DNA from: Sulfolobales archaeon HS-7
Lineage (GTDB): Archaea > Thermoproteota > Thermoprotei_A > Sulfolobales > Sulfolobaceae
NCBI GenBank assembly: GCA_019704295.1
Contig: AP024596.1
Span: 768,001 to 832,000 of the forward strand
Length of the DNA stretch: 64,000 bases
Direction of reading: 5' to 3'
Shown here one piece after another: positions 20,917 to 32,339 of this stretch (within the stretch, counting starts at the first letter, position 1; each line of letters starts with the position of its first letter). The notes under the pieces were generated by a model. The model did no database searches. It saw only the letters and a program-made list of their open reading frames with translations, and was not told where the DNA came from. The translations under genes were made by a program, and so were the position numbers.

Positions 20917-23127
20917 CTACTCTAAAAAGTCTTGAAGTTTGGGAAGCTCTTTTGGTAGACCTTTTCTTTCTCGTATTTTAATTATCACGTCATTTAACAT
21001 ACTATCAGGAACAGAAGCCCATCTGCTGAACTCCATCCCCCAGAAAGCTCTTCCGGCAGTAGCTCCTCTTAAGTCTGCTGCTAGGTCGAACGTCTCAGCA
21101 ATAGGGATCTCGGCTATTATTCTAGCTGTATTTCCACTCTGCAGTACGTTAAGGATTTTTCCTCTCTTTTTAGTCAATACTGAAGAAACGCTACCTATAA
21201 ATTCCATAGGAACTTTAATGTCAAGCTTTTGGATTGGTTCTAGCATTGTCGGTCTAGAGGTTAAAATCCCTGCGAATATAGAGTTCCTCACTGCTGGATA
21301 GATTTGTGCCGGTCCCCTATGTGCAGGATCTTCATGGATAACCGCGTCCTGCAATATAACCTTAACCCCCCTAATTGGTTCGTGAGCCAACGGCCCTTCT
21401 CTCATAGCCAGCCTAAAACCTTGGAGAAATGTATCCATTATTTCTCTCAAATACTGGACTCCACTTGTATTATCAACAAGTACATTAATATTATCATCGA
21501 CAGCTATTATTTTCTTAGCCTCATCGTAATCCCATTCAGCCTCATCTCGTAAAATTTTTGCAATTTCCTTAGCATCCATACTCTCTTTAATTCTACCAGT
21601 AGCTATTAGTTCAATTGATTTTTCATTCATGGGCTCTACGCTAATGTAGAACTTGTTGTGTTTATTAGGCGACTTCCCTTCAAAGACTTGACTCCTGTTT
21701 CTTATACTTTCTCTATATACTACAACGGGAGGACTAGTGGTCACTTCTAGTCCGTAATCGTCCTTAAGCAGTTGTAAGGACACTTCTAAATGTAACGGTC
21801 CCATACCAGAAACGAGATATTCTCCAGTTTCCTGGTTTATTGAAACACGAAGATTAGGATCTTCAATTTCCATGGTTTTTAATGCATCAATCATTTTCGT
21901 AAGATCTTTAGGATTCTTGGGTTCAACTGCAATAGTGACAACTGGTTCTGATACGTAATGTAACCTTTCAAAGGAACCAACTATATCCTTGTATTTTACG
22001 GAAACTAACGTTTCACCCGACTTAGCTCTGTCAATTCCTAAAACTGCTGCAATATTACCTGCAGGTATTTCGTTAGCCAACTCCCTATCTCTACCCATAT
22101 AGAGGCTTGTCTGTAAAACCCTTTGTGAAATCTTAGAGTTTACTAACCATATTTCCTCACCTGGCTTTATAGTACCAGAGAAAACCCTTCCAGTTGCAAC
22201 TAATCCTGCATGAGGATCTCTCTTCATATCTGTGATCATCATGACAACTGGGCCATTAGGGTCGCAGTTGAGCATAGATTTAGCAACTTCACTGTCTAAA
22301 TCACCTTTCCAAATCTTAGGAACTCTATATTTTTGCGCATCAATTGGATTAGGTACTAATTTAATTACTGCGTCTAGTAATGCACTGTCAATAGGAGCGA
22401 TCTTCGCAAGTTCCTCTAATTTCGATTTGTCGGAAGATGAATACGCAGCTATAACGTCCTTCATTCCAATACCTTTTCTTTGTGCTAAAGGTATCGTAAA
22501 TCCCCATTTATCCTTAGCAGAACCTAGCACTATATTTCCTAGCGTGGGGTTAATTAACCATTTTTCTTTGAATTCAGGTTCTGCATAGGTCGTAATAAGG
22601 TTATTAACATCTCTTATCATTTCAACTATTTTTTGCTGCATCTCATTAGGACCGAGTTTCAATTCCTTAACTAATCTATCTGTCTTATTTATGAATAAAA
22701 TGGGCCTAACTCTTTCTTCCAAGCTCTGCCTAAGAACTGTTTCAGTCTGCGTCATAACTCCCTCTACTGCATCGATGACCACTATAGCCCCATCAAGCAC
22801 CCTAAGACTCCTTGTAACTCTTCCGCTAAAGTCTACGTGACCTGGGGTATCAATAAGGTTGATTACATATCCCTTACCATCTAGTTCGTGGTATAGACTA
22901 ACGTTTGCCGCCTTAACTGTTATCCCTCTTTGTTGTTCGACTTTAAGGTAATCTAAAGCAAGAGCCTCACCTGCTACTTTAGGAGAAAGAATTCCAGCTG
23001 ATGCTAATAGTTGATCGCTAGTTGTAGTCTTTCCATGATCAACATGTGCAATTATGCCTATGTTTCTAACTCTACTCCTATCTTTCATAAGTTCAAGGAT
23101 TTGGTCGACTGTTTTATACCTAGGCAC
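20917..23127 (-). CDS. fusA: Elongation factor 2
   Basis: [21 protein letters not shown], diphthamide loop [11 protein letters not shown]. Confidence 0.99.
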   Translation of the reverse strand: MPRYKTVDQILELMKDRSRVRNIGIIAHVDHGKTTTSDQLLASAGILSPKVAGEALALDYLKVEQQRGITVKAANVSLYHELDGKGYVINLIDTPGHVDFSGRVTRSLRVLDGAIVVIDAVEGVMTQTETVLRQSLEERVRPILFINKTDRLVKELKLGPNEMQQKIVEMIRDVNNLITTYAEPEFKEKWLINPTLGNIVLGSAKDKWGFTIPLAQRKGIGMKDVIAAYSSSDKSKLEELAKIAPIDSALLDAVIKLVPNPIDAQKYRVPKIWKGDLDSEVAKSMLNCDPNGPVVMMITDMKRDPHAGLVATGRVFSGTIKPGEEIWLVNSKISQRVLQTSLYMGRDRELANEIPAGNIAAVLGIDRAKSGETLVSVKYKDIVGSFERLHYVSEPVVTIAVEPKNPKDLTKMIDALKTMEIEDPNLRVSINQETGEYLVSGMGPLHLEVSLQLLKDDYGLEVTTSPPVVVYRESIRNRSQVFEGKSPNKHNKFYISVEPMNEKSIELIATGRIKESMDAKEIAKILRDEAEWDYDEAKKIIAVDDNINVLVDNTSGVQYLREIMDTFLQGFRLAMREGPLAHEPIRGVKVILQDAVIHEDPAHRGPAQIYPAVRNSIFAGILTSRPTMLEPIQKLDIKVPMEFIGSVSSVLTKKRGKILNVLQSGNTARIIAEIPIAETFDLAADLRGATAGRAFWGMEFSRWASVPDSMLNDVIIKIRERKGLPKELPKLQDFLE

Positions 23128-23231
23128 AACCGTTCACCGATATTACTCTTGTTGATAATAATGTCAGCCTTTAAAAGTGTATGCGAAACGACTTTAACTC
23201 TGTGTATATTATGAAGTTAATTATTTAAAAA

Positions 23232-23933
23232 TTATTTATTATTTTCTTGTCCTATAAAATTAAATAGATTACTGTTTTTATCAGAAACAGCATCATTCTT
23301 GCTATGGAGTAATGTATAAATTTCCTTTCCTTTTTTTTCGCCTAATACCCTCTGAAGCTCAGATAAAGAACTGTTAAAGAAGCTTTTTAAATCCGTAAAA
23401 TGCCGTAGTATCTTATCAGAAGTACTGGGTCCTATACCTGGAAAAGCCTCTAATATATATTTCTTTATTTCATAATCAGATGAAAATTTAGGTTTATCGT
23501 GAATCGATATTAGTGTCTTTTTTGTATCAGTTTCCTTCTCAGCTATTTTTTTGATACTTTCAGCTGTCTGCCTTTTATCATAGGTAAAAAGAAGCCTCAC
23601 CTCATAATCCATTACTAATGATATCAGAGCGTTATTTACCGTCTTCCAGTTGGGGGCTAAAGTAAGAAGTTGTTTATTATCACCTTCTACTATTAGAAAG
23701 CTTCTTTGATATACATCAGTAAGCCTTTTTACCTGGTCAAATAGTCGTCTATCAAAAATCGAAGCTACTAAATCGCTTACTGTTTTTCGCTCTATTCCAA
23801 TGGTGCTGCTTATTACATAATCCCCTACCGATAACTGTTCTATAATTATAGTTATCCCAAGCTCCCTCAATATGTCAGGTATTCCACTACCATTTTCTCT
23901 TGTGTCTACGTAAATTCTTAACAACTTTTTCAC
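23232..23933 (-). CDS. xpf: Crenarchaeal short XPF (ERCC4) flap endonuclease
   Basis: [16 protein letters not shown], HhH, C-terminal PIP-like NLFNF. Confidence 0.95.
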   Translation of the reverse strand: MKKLLRIYVDTRENGSGIPDILRELGITIIIEQLSVGDYVISSTIGIERKTVSDLVASIFDRRLFDQVKRLTDVYQRSFLIVEGDNKQLLTLAPNWKTVNNALISLVMDYEVRLLFTYDKRQTAESIKKIAEKETDTKKTLISIHDKPKFSSDYEIKKYILEAFPGIGPSTSDKILRHFTDLKSFFNSSLSELQRVLGEKKGKEIYTLLHSKNDAVSDKNSNLFNFIGQENNK

Positions 23934-24313
23934 GCTTTCATAGTTCCTCCACTTCCCCCTTGCTGATAGTATTTAGATAACGCACTACTTACTTTGGATT
24001 GTAACTCCTCATACTGTTTCCTTAGTAATGACTCTTGCTTCTGATAGGTTTTTTGTCTTAACTCTAATAACTCCTTTTTGTCGTTTAGCTCTTTCTCAAT
24101 TGACGTCTTATCAGTCTTAACCATTATATTGCCCACAATCTTAAACAGTTCACTATCCTGTGAGAGTAAAGATAGTTCCTCTAATACCTTGTTTATTTCC
24201 TTTAATTCACTTTCAATTCTACTTTTATCTACAAGTATAAGATTTAGACGTTCTTGAATATCTTTTAATTTGCCTAGCTGAGCTTGTAACTCAGGTGAAA
24301 TTTTTTCCGCCAC
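23930..24313 (-). CDS. pfdB: Prefoldin beta subunit
   Basis: Coiled coils around [10 protein letters not shown]. Confidence 0.95.
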   Translation of the reverse strand: MAEKISPELQAQLGKLKDIQERLNLILVDKSRIESELKEINKVLEELSLLSQDSELFKIVGNIMVKTDKTSIEKELNDKKELLELRQKTYQKQESLLRKQYEELQSKVSSALSKYYQQGGSGGTMKA

Positions 24314-24545
24314 TTTCGATCTCCTCCAATTTATTAATAGTTAGGATAATGGTATTGATCCAAGATATATAAGAGTTAACTATAGCCCTTATTCTGCTAT
24401 AAGAGCTTCCTTCTATTTTTATAGATAGCGGTTCCTTACTTACCTTTACGTATTGACGATCAATATCCTCTATAATTATTGAACGTTCGATAACTTTTTC
24501 CAATTCAGGATCTATCTTCTCTATGGTTATAATAATCTTTGGCAT
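24291..24545 (-). CDS. pcc1: KEOPS complex subunit Pcc1
   Basis: [14 protein letters not shown]; upstream of pfdB. Confidence 0.88.
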   Translation of the reverse strand: MPKIIITIEKIDPELEKVIERSIIIEDIDRQYVKVSKEPLSIKIEGSSYSRIRAIVNSYISWINTIILTINKLEEIESGGKNFT

Positions 24546-24619
24546 AACATATCACTCTCTTCACGTAGTAATTTATAACTCAGCTCTAATTAGATAATTC
24601 GCTAGCATTATTCTTAAGA

Positions 24620-24980
24620 AAGTGTCTAATGTATAGTTAACATGAAAAACTACATAAACTAAAAAGTTATAAAATAGGTTTTCCTAGAATTAAATTCGCT
24701 TAATTACTAGAGAACGATAATATAAAATCAGTTATTAAGCATACTAGCATGTAATCATATACCTTTCGAATCAAGGCTAAAAATGAGGTTTTCAGAATAA
24801 CGAGTTGAACGTCTACTTAAGGTACTGCCGAACGTTTTAAGCTTAGGAAGTTAGCAAAGCCGTTTAATCTCTCGTAATCCCCCTGTATTATTATCGCGAT
24901 TGGTACTGTAAGATGGATTATTCCTATATAGTAAAATTTGGTTAATAAAGTAAATAACATTCATTACACATTAGACACTG
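24620..24980 (+). repeat. Family A MITE-like element, full copy (361 bp)
   Basis: Perfect 12-bp TIR AGTGTCTAATGT...ACATTAGACACT; collinear with the 29695 and 62110 copies. Confidence 0.92.
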
Positions 24981-25074
24981 TCTTGAGTAAACTATGAAGT
25001 TTATCTAATTTCAAGTTAAAATAAGATAGAGTCATAGGGATGGGTTTAGGTTGCGCCACCAACGCGTGGAGCCT

Positions 25075-25338
25075 AATGGGATTAAACACCGTTGTTGATC
25101 TCTTAGGCTTACAATATCTAGCAATCAGAACCCTTAGTAAACGTTAAACTTATCACAACAGAATAGCTCGTTCTTTAGCCTTGATTATAAAAATTACGTA
25201 ATTGCTTGCAACTGCACTTAATAAACTAATTTTGTATTACTTTACTTTTAGTAATTAAAGAAATTTGATTCTAGATAAGCGTATTTTATAACTTTTTAGT
25301 TTATCTAGTTATTCATTTTAATTACGTATTGAACATTA
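25075..25338 (-). repeat. Family A copy, inverted, right end lost
   Basis: rc TAATGTTCAATACGTAATTAAAATGAATAACTAGATAAACTAAAAAGTTATAAAATACG...ATCAAGGCTAAAG...TTTAACGTTTAC. Confidence 0.85.
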
Positions 25339-25439
25339 TCTCGAGAAGCTCAGGGAAGTGCTTCATTAGGTTGGTCCCACCGTAAGTAACAAGTTTCAAT
25401 CGTGTCTCTGCGTATTAAAATTAAAGCGTATAAGAGAGA

Positions 25440-27014
25440 ATGAGTAATAAGCTATACGCAATAGTCGTAGGCGTAATAACCACATTATTTATTATATTCC
25501 ATTCTATTGTACTATTAGCAGCTTCTATATTTCTATTAATTATATCTTATATTATATATAGAAATAAGCAAATTAATATAGACAATTTATATAAGACTTT
25601 ATCTATGTCTAACAATGTATACACTTACGTTGAAAATAACAAGTTTAAGGCATCAGTGATGTTTAAGTTGATACTAAAAAACAACGATAATTACTATATT
25701 CAGCAATTGAATTCCCTAATTAACGCTCTGTCTCATAGAGAATCTTCATGTGAATATTATATAATAAATAGAATTAATAAGAGAGCGGGTGCTGTTCTTC
25801 TCATAACTGCTATCAATGACGATAAAGAGAAGGCAGAAGAGTTTGTAATAAATGAGGCAAAACTAGTATTATCGTTGGCCAAGGGCGTTTGCCCATCGCT
25901 AGAATTTTACCCTGTCGGACAAAGCAATGTCTTTATTCCAATTCCTTCTCAGGTGGGGAACTTAACTTTTACTACCATTACAGAATATGTTCCATCTCTT
26001 CCTAGCAGAAATAAGATCCTTACCACATATGAAATAGAACTAGGGGAATTAAACGATGGATTCGATAATAAGATAGGGCTTCGTCTTCAGGATTTAACCA
26101 AACACTTAGCAATTTTCGGTGCAACGGGAAGTGGTAAATCTACAACTTCACTTAAGCTTATAAAAGAAGTAAGGAAAAAGGGGGTTAATGTAGTAGTTAT
26201 TGATTGGCATGGGGAATACGCTGAGAAACTTATTAATGAAGAGTATATTTTATACAATACAAATAATCCATTTAAAATAAATCCGCTTTCTTCTTCTGAC
26301 GTGGATGACATTACTGAAATTTTTGGGGATGTATTCCAACTTACAGAGCCGCAAAGATATGTACTATTTAGTGCTATTAGGAACTTGAAAAAAGTAAGCG
26401 ATCCCAAGCCATCCCTATTACTTGATGCTATTTATAAAATAGACGAGACGAGCTATTGGCAGAGGGAGATCAAATATGCTCTAATTAGGAAACTATATCT
26501 TCTATCGTCAAAGGAGGCACGCAACATATTATCAGAGAAAGGATGTGATATCTCTGCATTATTTTCTGATATAGATAAAATTAAATTATTTGACTTAAGT
26601 TTTATTTCCAGCATAAAGCTTAGGAGGATTTATACGTTAATGCTAATAAAGTTAATAAATGAATATATTATTAAAAATAGAAAAGACTTTATTACATTAG
26701 TAGTACTCGAAGAAGCTCATAATTATATAATAAAAGGAAACTTATATATTGAGAGTTTACTCGCAGAAATAAGAAAATTCAATATAGCTCTCTGTATTAT
26801 CTCACAGTCTCCATCATCGTTATCAGACGCTGTAATGAAAAACACTAGTATAAAGATCATACACTCCATCAAAGCTGACGTGGATAAGAGGATTATAAGA
26901 GACTCAATGTCAATCGACAGCGAACTCTATTCTATTCTCGATAAACTTCCTTATGGAGTATGTATATTACAGGCTCCTAATATATTATCACCAGTAATTA
27001 TAAATGTTAAGTAG
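25440..27014 (+). CDS. Membrane-anchored HerA/VirB4-like ATPase (CedB/CedD-like DNA-transfer ATPase)
   Basis: N-terminal hydrophobic helices; HLAIFGATGSGKST, IDWHGEY, VVLEEAH, EIRKFN, SQSPS. Confidence 0.8.
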   Translation: MSNKLYAIVVGVITTLFIIFHSIVLLAASIFLLIISYIIYRNKQINIDNLYKTLSMSNNVYTYVENNKFKASVMFKLILKNNDNYYIQQLNSLINALSHRESSCEYYIINRINKRAGAVLLITAINDDKEKAEEFVINEAKLVLSLAKGVCPSLEFYPVGQSNVFIPIPSQVGNLTFTTITEYVPSLPSRNKILTTYEIELGELNDGFDNKIGLRLQDLTKHLAIFGATGSGKSTTSLKLIKEVRKKGVNVVVIDWHGEYAEKLINEEYILYNTNNPFKINPLSSSDVDDITEIFGDVFQLTEPQRYVLFSAIRNLKKVSDPKPSLLLDAIYKIDETSYWQREIKYALIRKLYLLSSKEARNILSEKGCDISALFSDIDKIKLFDLSFISSIKLRRIYTLMLIKLINEYIIKNRKDFITLVVLEEAHNYIIKGNLYIESLLAEIRKFNIALCIISQSPSSLSDAVMKNTSIKIIHSIKADVDKRIIRDSMSIDSELYSILDKLPYGVCILQAPNILSPVIINVK

Positions 27015-27439
27015 TATTGTTCTTTCTGAATTTATTTGAGAACTAAATTAGCTTAAGGTGAAAATTTTCGATAGTAGTTTATCTTAACGTGGAATACTCG
27101 ACTCCTACCTATAAGTAATACTTGTTGTACAAATATATCGGCTCTATAACAACACTAATATTGTAATCGGATGTGGAGAAACACTTATAACGAATCTCCT
27201 AAAAATTAATGAAAATTGAATACTGTATATAAGAGAAGAGGTAATGTTATAAATCTATGTTAAAAATTTATATTGACCAGTCTTACGCGAACTGAAGTCC
27301 TTGGGAAGAATGTAATACATCTATTTCCTTTGTTATACTTCTTTTATAATTATATTAAAGCGGTCTATAGTATTTTGTTATGAATAGATTTTAGATGCAC
27401 ACCCACAAACAAATAACACTCCCAACATACGCTAGGTAA

Positions 27440-27770
27440 AATGTACATTGATACTTTCAAATAATACCGTGTTACCAGGTAATGTAGAGTACACGAATTA
27501 CCTTATTGAACCACTTAATATTTATTTATGATTCTAATAACTAATACATTTATGTAACAGATTAAGCAGATCACGTTATTTCTGTTATTTAATCCTCCGA
27601 TTAATCTGGTTGTAACAGATATATCCAGTTGGAATGAATCCTTATGGTAATACTTATGATCCATCAAACGGATACATATATAACATAATAATACTCTGAT
27701 AACGTTTCTGTTATTAATCCTTATAACAGATCAATTTACTAGGTAATATAACAGTTGGACAATTCACCCA
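27440..27770 (+). pseudogene. YVTN/YncE beta-propeller surface-protein pseudogene
   Basis: Frameshifted pieces TLILSNNTVLPGN, YIYVTD*, ISVI, VGMNPYGNTYDPSNGYIY, SDNVSVINP, NITVG. Confidence 0.8.
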
Positions 27771-27916
27771 TTGATTGCGAATTCGGCTTATTTAGAAATT
27801 AGGATAAATTGAATTGAATGCGATCGTATTGACTGGTAGAGATTGCGCTTAGCAATTTCCTTTATTTAATACTTATTTACAATAATTACAATTCGCAATG
27901 GAAACATGAATCGCCC
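27757..27916 (-). repeat. Family C ~160-bp MITE
   Basis: ATTGCGAATT...AATTCGCAATGGAAACATGAATCGCCC; reverse-complement homolog of 47756-47917. Confidence 0.85.
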
Positions 27917-27967
27917 TTGTTCAGTTATTCACATCAATTAAACACCGAACATTGTCGAGTGGAGATA

Positions 27968-28001
27968 CAGGAAGCCCTGACTGTAGGGGAGGGCAGTTCA
28001 T
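27968..28001 (+). mobile_element. Isolated IS200/IS605 right-end hairpin
   Basis: CAGGAAGCCCTGACTGTAGGGGAGGGCAGTTCAT has the same GAAGCCC...GGG..AGTTCA layout as 9562-9596. Confidence 0.55.
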
Positions 28002-28026
28002 TCGCTCTGTCTTAACTTGAGAAGCG

Positions 28027-29247
28027 TTAGAGTAGGAATATCGGTTTAGTTAGATGCCTATATACCCTTGAATAATATAATCCTTCCGATATATTTCTTG
28101 GAATTTCATTAATTTCCTTTTCTGCCTTTATTAAATTTCCGCACCTTTTACATCTGAATCCCTTATTTTTACCTACTGACTCTGTGGGGCCGCCGCAATG
28201 CGTACATTTAGGGTTTCTCTTCATTAGTTTTTTTTCTAGTGTTAAAATTTCAATACGTTCTACGTCTATTATACTCCCGTATATTGACGAGGGCTTTACG
28301 TCACCCCAAATCCTCACTTTATCTCCCTTTATCAGGAATGACGTTACCGTATTTAGTTCTCCTGTTTCCTTATATATAATGAACTTTAGACCGTTTTCAT
28401 CTTCGATAATTACGTCACCCCCTATAACTTTACTTATCTTCCTTACAGTAATCTCCTTGATTATAGTACCGTAGATATTTTTAGTCGTTTTAATGAAGTG
28501 TGCATCAGTCCCCTGATTAGTTTTAAACATCAACTTTCCATCGTATTTCTCATCAGACAATATTAGTTTAGATGCTGAAGCAACAGTTACTGGATTTTTA
28601 CCTCTTATTCCATAGAATACTGGATCTTTTCCATGCGATATTATGCTCAATTTACGCCTAATATAATCATAATTTCCAAATAACGATGGAAATCCGAAAT
28701 CATCAAGATTTTTTGTTATAGATATTTTTCTGGCAGTTCCCCAATACTCGGGTTTCCTATATACTAACATTTCAAATGTAAACTCTCCAAAGAATCCTAA
28801 ACTAGCCAACGAGCCAATTATGCCTCTTTTTCCTCTTACTAAAGCTCCGGTTTTCCTCGCTACCTTCTCCGCAACATCTAGGGTTATAACGTCTGTTAAT
28901 GCTTTAATATACAGATTATTAAGCACATCTGTTTTACTTTCTGCAACCATAGCAATACCAGGACTTCTGTTCATTTTATCAGCACGTGAAACGGTTTCTA
29001 TATATTCTAATGACATGTTCCAGACAATATCGAATATTGTTAGAGGATCGTCATAATTTAACCATATAGCTACTGCAGCATTTCCTCTAGTCTTCCATGG
29101 AATGTTAGGGTTTAGTCTAATTAACCAGGGAAAATCCAATAATTTTGCCCCTTTTTTCAAAATAGCCTTAATTACCGAATATCCGAAATGTGTAGTACAT
29201 CCAGCTATCTGCGAATCGTGATCATCAAAGGCGATTCCGATTTTCAT
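28027..29247 (-). CDS. tiaS: tRNA(Ile2) agmatinylcytidine synthetase
   Basis: DDHDS...GCTTH, LIRLNPNIPWKTRGNAAV, TNQGTDAH, C-terminal Zn ribbon. Confidence 0.96.
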   Translation of the reverse strand: MKIGIAFDDHDSQIAGCTTHFGYSVIKAILKKGAKLLDFPWLIRLNPNIPWKTRGNAAVAIWLNYDDPLTIFDIVWNMSLEYIETVSRADKMNRSPGIAMVAESKTDVLNNLYIKALTDVITLDVAEKVARKTGALVRGKRGIIGSLASLGFFGEFTFEMLVYRKPEYWGTARKISITKNLDDFGFPSLFGNYDYIRRKLSIISHGKDPVFYGIRGKNPVTVASASKLILSDEKYDGKLMFKTNQGTDAHFIKTTKNIYGTIIKEITVRKISKVIGGDVIIEDENGLKFIIYKETGELNTVTSFLIKGDKVRIWGDVKPSSIYGSIIDVERIEILTLEKKLMKRNPKCTHCGGPTESVGKNKGFRCKRCGNLIKAEKEINEIPRNISEGLYYSRVYRHLTKPIFLL

Positions 29248-29250
29248 ATT

Positions 29251-29499
29251 TTAACGCGTCATAGCCTTACTTTCTACTATTATCATTGTTATAGTAGATT
29301 TAACTTTTGGTAGTTTTCTTATATAATTTGAAATATTTTCCCTTAACTGGTCCATCGAACTAGACTCTATCTTAACAACTATATCGTATACGCTATATAC
29401 GACAAACACTTCTTTGACTTCAGGGATTGTTTTTAATTTTTCAAAGACTTCGTCCTCTGCTCCTGGTTCCACATTTATAAGCACGAAAGCACTAGCCAT
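29251..29499 (-). CDS. Lrp/AsnC ligand-binding (RAM) domain protein
   Basis: AFVLINVEPG...VYDIVVKIE. Confidence 0.9.
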   Translation of the reverse strand: MASAFVLINVEPGAEDEVFEKLKTIPEVKEVFVVYSVYDIVVKIESSSMDQLRENISNYIRKLPKVKSTITMIIVESKAMTR

Positions 29500-29694
29500 T
29501 CTAGGAAAGATATTCGGTATATATTATATAAATTTTCGGTTTTACTCAAGCACATATTTATGAACTTAACAATTTTAAAGAGAATAACGTTAACTTTCTT
29601 ATTTCATCAGAAGAATATTTAGTGTTAGCATTTAGATAAAGAGGTAGACGACCTGTATTAATGATAGTCGCTAACTTATCGGTTATCACTAGGA

Positions 29695-30059
29695 CAGTGT
29701 CCAATGTGTAATTAACAGAATAACTAAATAAACTAAAAAGTTAAAAAATACGTTTCTTTAGAATTAAATTCGCTTAATTACGAGTATAAAAGCAATATAA
29801 AAGAGGTTTATTAATAGTAAGTACGAGTAACGATATATTTCTTAACAATAAAAGCTAAAAAGAGGTTTTGGCGTTATGAGTTAAAAGTTAGTAGAGGGTA
29901 AGACCGGATATCTTTAAGCTTAAAAAGTCAGTAAAGGAGTTTGATCTCTCGTAATTCTCCCTATACTATAGTCCTGATTATACGTTGCGAGTTGGATTAT
30001 TCCTGTATATTAAGATCTAGTTTTTAAACTAACTAACATTTATTACGCATAGGACATCG
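29695..30059 (+). repeat. Family A MITE-like element, full copy (365 bp)
   Basis: TIRs CAGTGTCCAATGTGTAAT / rc CGATGTCCTATGCGTAAT. Confidence 0.92.
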
Positions 30060-30073
30060 TCACGGGATGACTC

Positions 30074-31084
30074 TTAATCCTTAGCGAGCATATCTATAAC
30101 AGATTCCGCAATATCTATACTATACCTGCTTATCCTCCTTAAAGAGTCAACGACCATAAGAAGCGAGACAGCGGTAGCGATGGAAGAATTGAGGTGTAAT
30201 ATGCTTTCAGAAAGTCGTATACTCTCTCTTAATGCATCTCCACTATTACTAATAATTTCATGGGCTAATTCCTTTTTCTTATTTCTAAATGCGTTAATTG
30301 AATTTTTATATATATCCAATATTTTTATACCACTATTGAATAAGAGCTCTCTAATCTCTAATGGCGCTGATATAGATTGAGTAACGAGTTGGGAAATTCT
30401 TGTCGCGTGATCTGATATTCTTTCGATGGATTTTGACACCATGTATATATTCATTATCTGACTGGAGTTAAAGCCGTCATCCTCAAGGATATTAGGTGAT
30501 AAAAGTCCTATTGAAAGCTGTCGTACAATATAGAAGTAGAATCGATCTACTTCATCATCTCTTACTTGTACCTCCTTCGCAGTTTCTGAATCGCCTTCTC
30601 TTAATGCCATTATGGAGTCTCTAAACATGAACTGACTTAAGTTAGCTGCTCTGATTATTGCTTTAAGCAGGGGAAGTTCCTTTGTTCCGACAAGAAATTG
30701 AATCTCAAGGGAATCGACATCTTCCTCTATTACTTCTGCCCCCAGTAATCTATTTCTTACGTTATTTTTTATAAACTCTTTATCCTCGCTTTTCATTTTT
30801 TTACAGATCAATTTAACTAATGAATATCCCGCCATATAATATGCAATGAATTCCCGAACCGCAATTTCTGGATTTGCCGTTTCACACTGCACGCTAGCTT
30901 GAGGAAAATTCTCGGAATCTAGTCCTTTTTTTGGGGATAAAATTAACCTCATATCGTTCTGAAGAGCGAGCTCTACTTCATCTCCAACTTTAAGCTTTAG
31001 CTGCTTGACCCATTCCTTTGGAAGGGATACTATATAGGTGGAGCCACCTGTTAATTGTACCCTCCTAGTAATTGTTTTATACAT
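30074..31084 (-). CDS. AbrB-PhoU phosphate uptake regulator
   Basis: RRVQLTGGSTYIVSLPKEW; RDDEVDRFY; IERISDHA. Confidence 0.92.
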   Translation of the reverse strand: MYKTITRRVQLTGGSTYIVSLPKEWVKQLKLKVGDEVELALQNDMRLILSPKKGLDSENFPQASVQCETANPEIAVREFIAYYMAGYSLVKLICKKMKSEDKEFIKNNVRNRLLGAEVIEEDVDSLEIQFLVGTKELPLLKAIIRAANLSQFMFRDSIMALREGDSETAKEVQVRDDEVDRFYFYIVRQLSIGLLSPNILEDDGFNSSQIMNIYMVSKSIERISDHATRISQLVTQSISAPLEIRELLFNSGIKILDIYKNSINAFRNKKKELAHEIISNSGDALRESIRLSESILHLNSSIATAVSLLMVVDSLRRISRYSIDIAESVIDMLAKD

Positions 31085-31106
31085 TAAGTTATATATAAAT
31101 AATGCT

Positions 31107-31568
31107 CTAACTATTTAGTCTTTCGTTATTTAATCGGAGAACTCTATATGCTTCATCTATTACCTTATCTGCATTAACTGTATTGGGTGCTAAGGCGGTT
31201 TCGATCTCATACTCGGACGACATATAAAATAAAGGTTCTATAATCGATGATAATTCTGGTATAGCCCCTAATTCCCTTTCATTGAAGGTCTTGAGGATTC
31301 TTAGAAGCTCGGGTAATGTATGATAAAGTGCATTAGTTGTTAAGATTGTTTCCACCCTTATTTCTATAATTTCTAAGATATATTGCATTACCTTTAACTT
31401 CGAGAGAAGGGATACTAGCTGAGTTTTTTCCTTCTCATATACCTCAAGTCTTGGAAAGTTATCAATTTTATAATTAATTTTTCTACTTAACCTGTCTATT
31501 TTGAATATAGCAAGCCTTACTCCAGATAACAATTCTGCTAATGATTGCTTTTTCGTCTTTGTCAGCAT
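31107..31568 (-). CDS. Divergent ESCRT-III/Snf7 paralog (CdvB3-like)
   Basis: All-helical; ILEIIEIRVETI and ADKVIDEA resemble CdvB core and C-terminal motifs. Confidence 0.55.
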   Translation of the reverse strand: MLTKTKKQSLAELLSGVRLAIFKIDRLSRKINYKIDNFPRLEVYEKEKTQLVSLLSKLKVMQYILEIIEIRVETILTTNALYHTLPELLRILKTFNERELGAIPELSSIIEPLFYMSSEYEIETALAPNTVNADKVIDEAYRVLRLNNERLNS

Positions 31569-31827
31569 TACGTTATTATCCTTGCTCTTATTACAGTTAT
31601 AAACTAATTAACCCATTAAGTGGGCTAAGTATGCCTTACAATAGAGCTTCCCACTTCACGGCATTATCGTATCTGTAGCATCTCTAAACATAAAAAGCGT
31701 AAGATCCTGTATTATACTTCCTTAATAACATAAGAATCAACACTTATAATCATTAAGGTAATATAAGGATTACTCTCAGGATTGTTAGCGAAGGCTCGGA
31801 ATCACAGGAAGACGAGGGTTAACGCAA

Positions 31828-32195
31828 CAATGCCCAATATGCAAAGTGCTGGTTTAAAAACTTAATTTTAAGATATAGAAATAGTATGTGTTTAGAATCC
31901 AATGGAGAATATAATACTTTAGATAGATTATCAGGGATTGAACACCTTTGCTAATCTCCAGGACTAATAACGTGTGACGGTTTAGGAACCGTAGTAAACG
32001 TTAAAGTCATTACGCTAAAAAAGCTCATTTGCTAGCCTCAATTCTCAAAAATCACATTATTACTTCTAGCTACGATTAATAAACTGATTTTATATTGTCT
32101 TCTTACATGTAATTAAACGAATTTTATTCCGTGCAAACTTGTCTTATAACTTTTTACCTTAGGTAATTACTTACGTTAATTGAACGTCGCATATA
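31828..32195 (-). repeat. Family A copy, inverted, full length but strongly decayed
   Basis: rc GGTAAAAAGTTATAAG...TTTAATTAC...CAATATAAAATCAGTTTATTAA...GAGGCTAGC...TTTAACGTTTAC...TTAGCAAAGG. Confidence 0.75.
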
Positions 32196-32339
32196 TCGCA
32201 TGTGGTTATACTATAAGCGTAAAGTTCATTGCATGTATAAAACCGCCATCAATCCCTGTGAAGTTTTCCATTGGTGGTGTAGAGCTAGAAAACCTGGCCC
32301 TTCAGGATTTCTTATTTATAAGTTTATTCATTAAACGGA

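Noticed and set aside
24614-24986. Target-site duplications around family A copies
   Set aside because: Flanks loosely resemble TCNNGA, but left and right flanks are not identical in any copy, so no TSD is claimed
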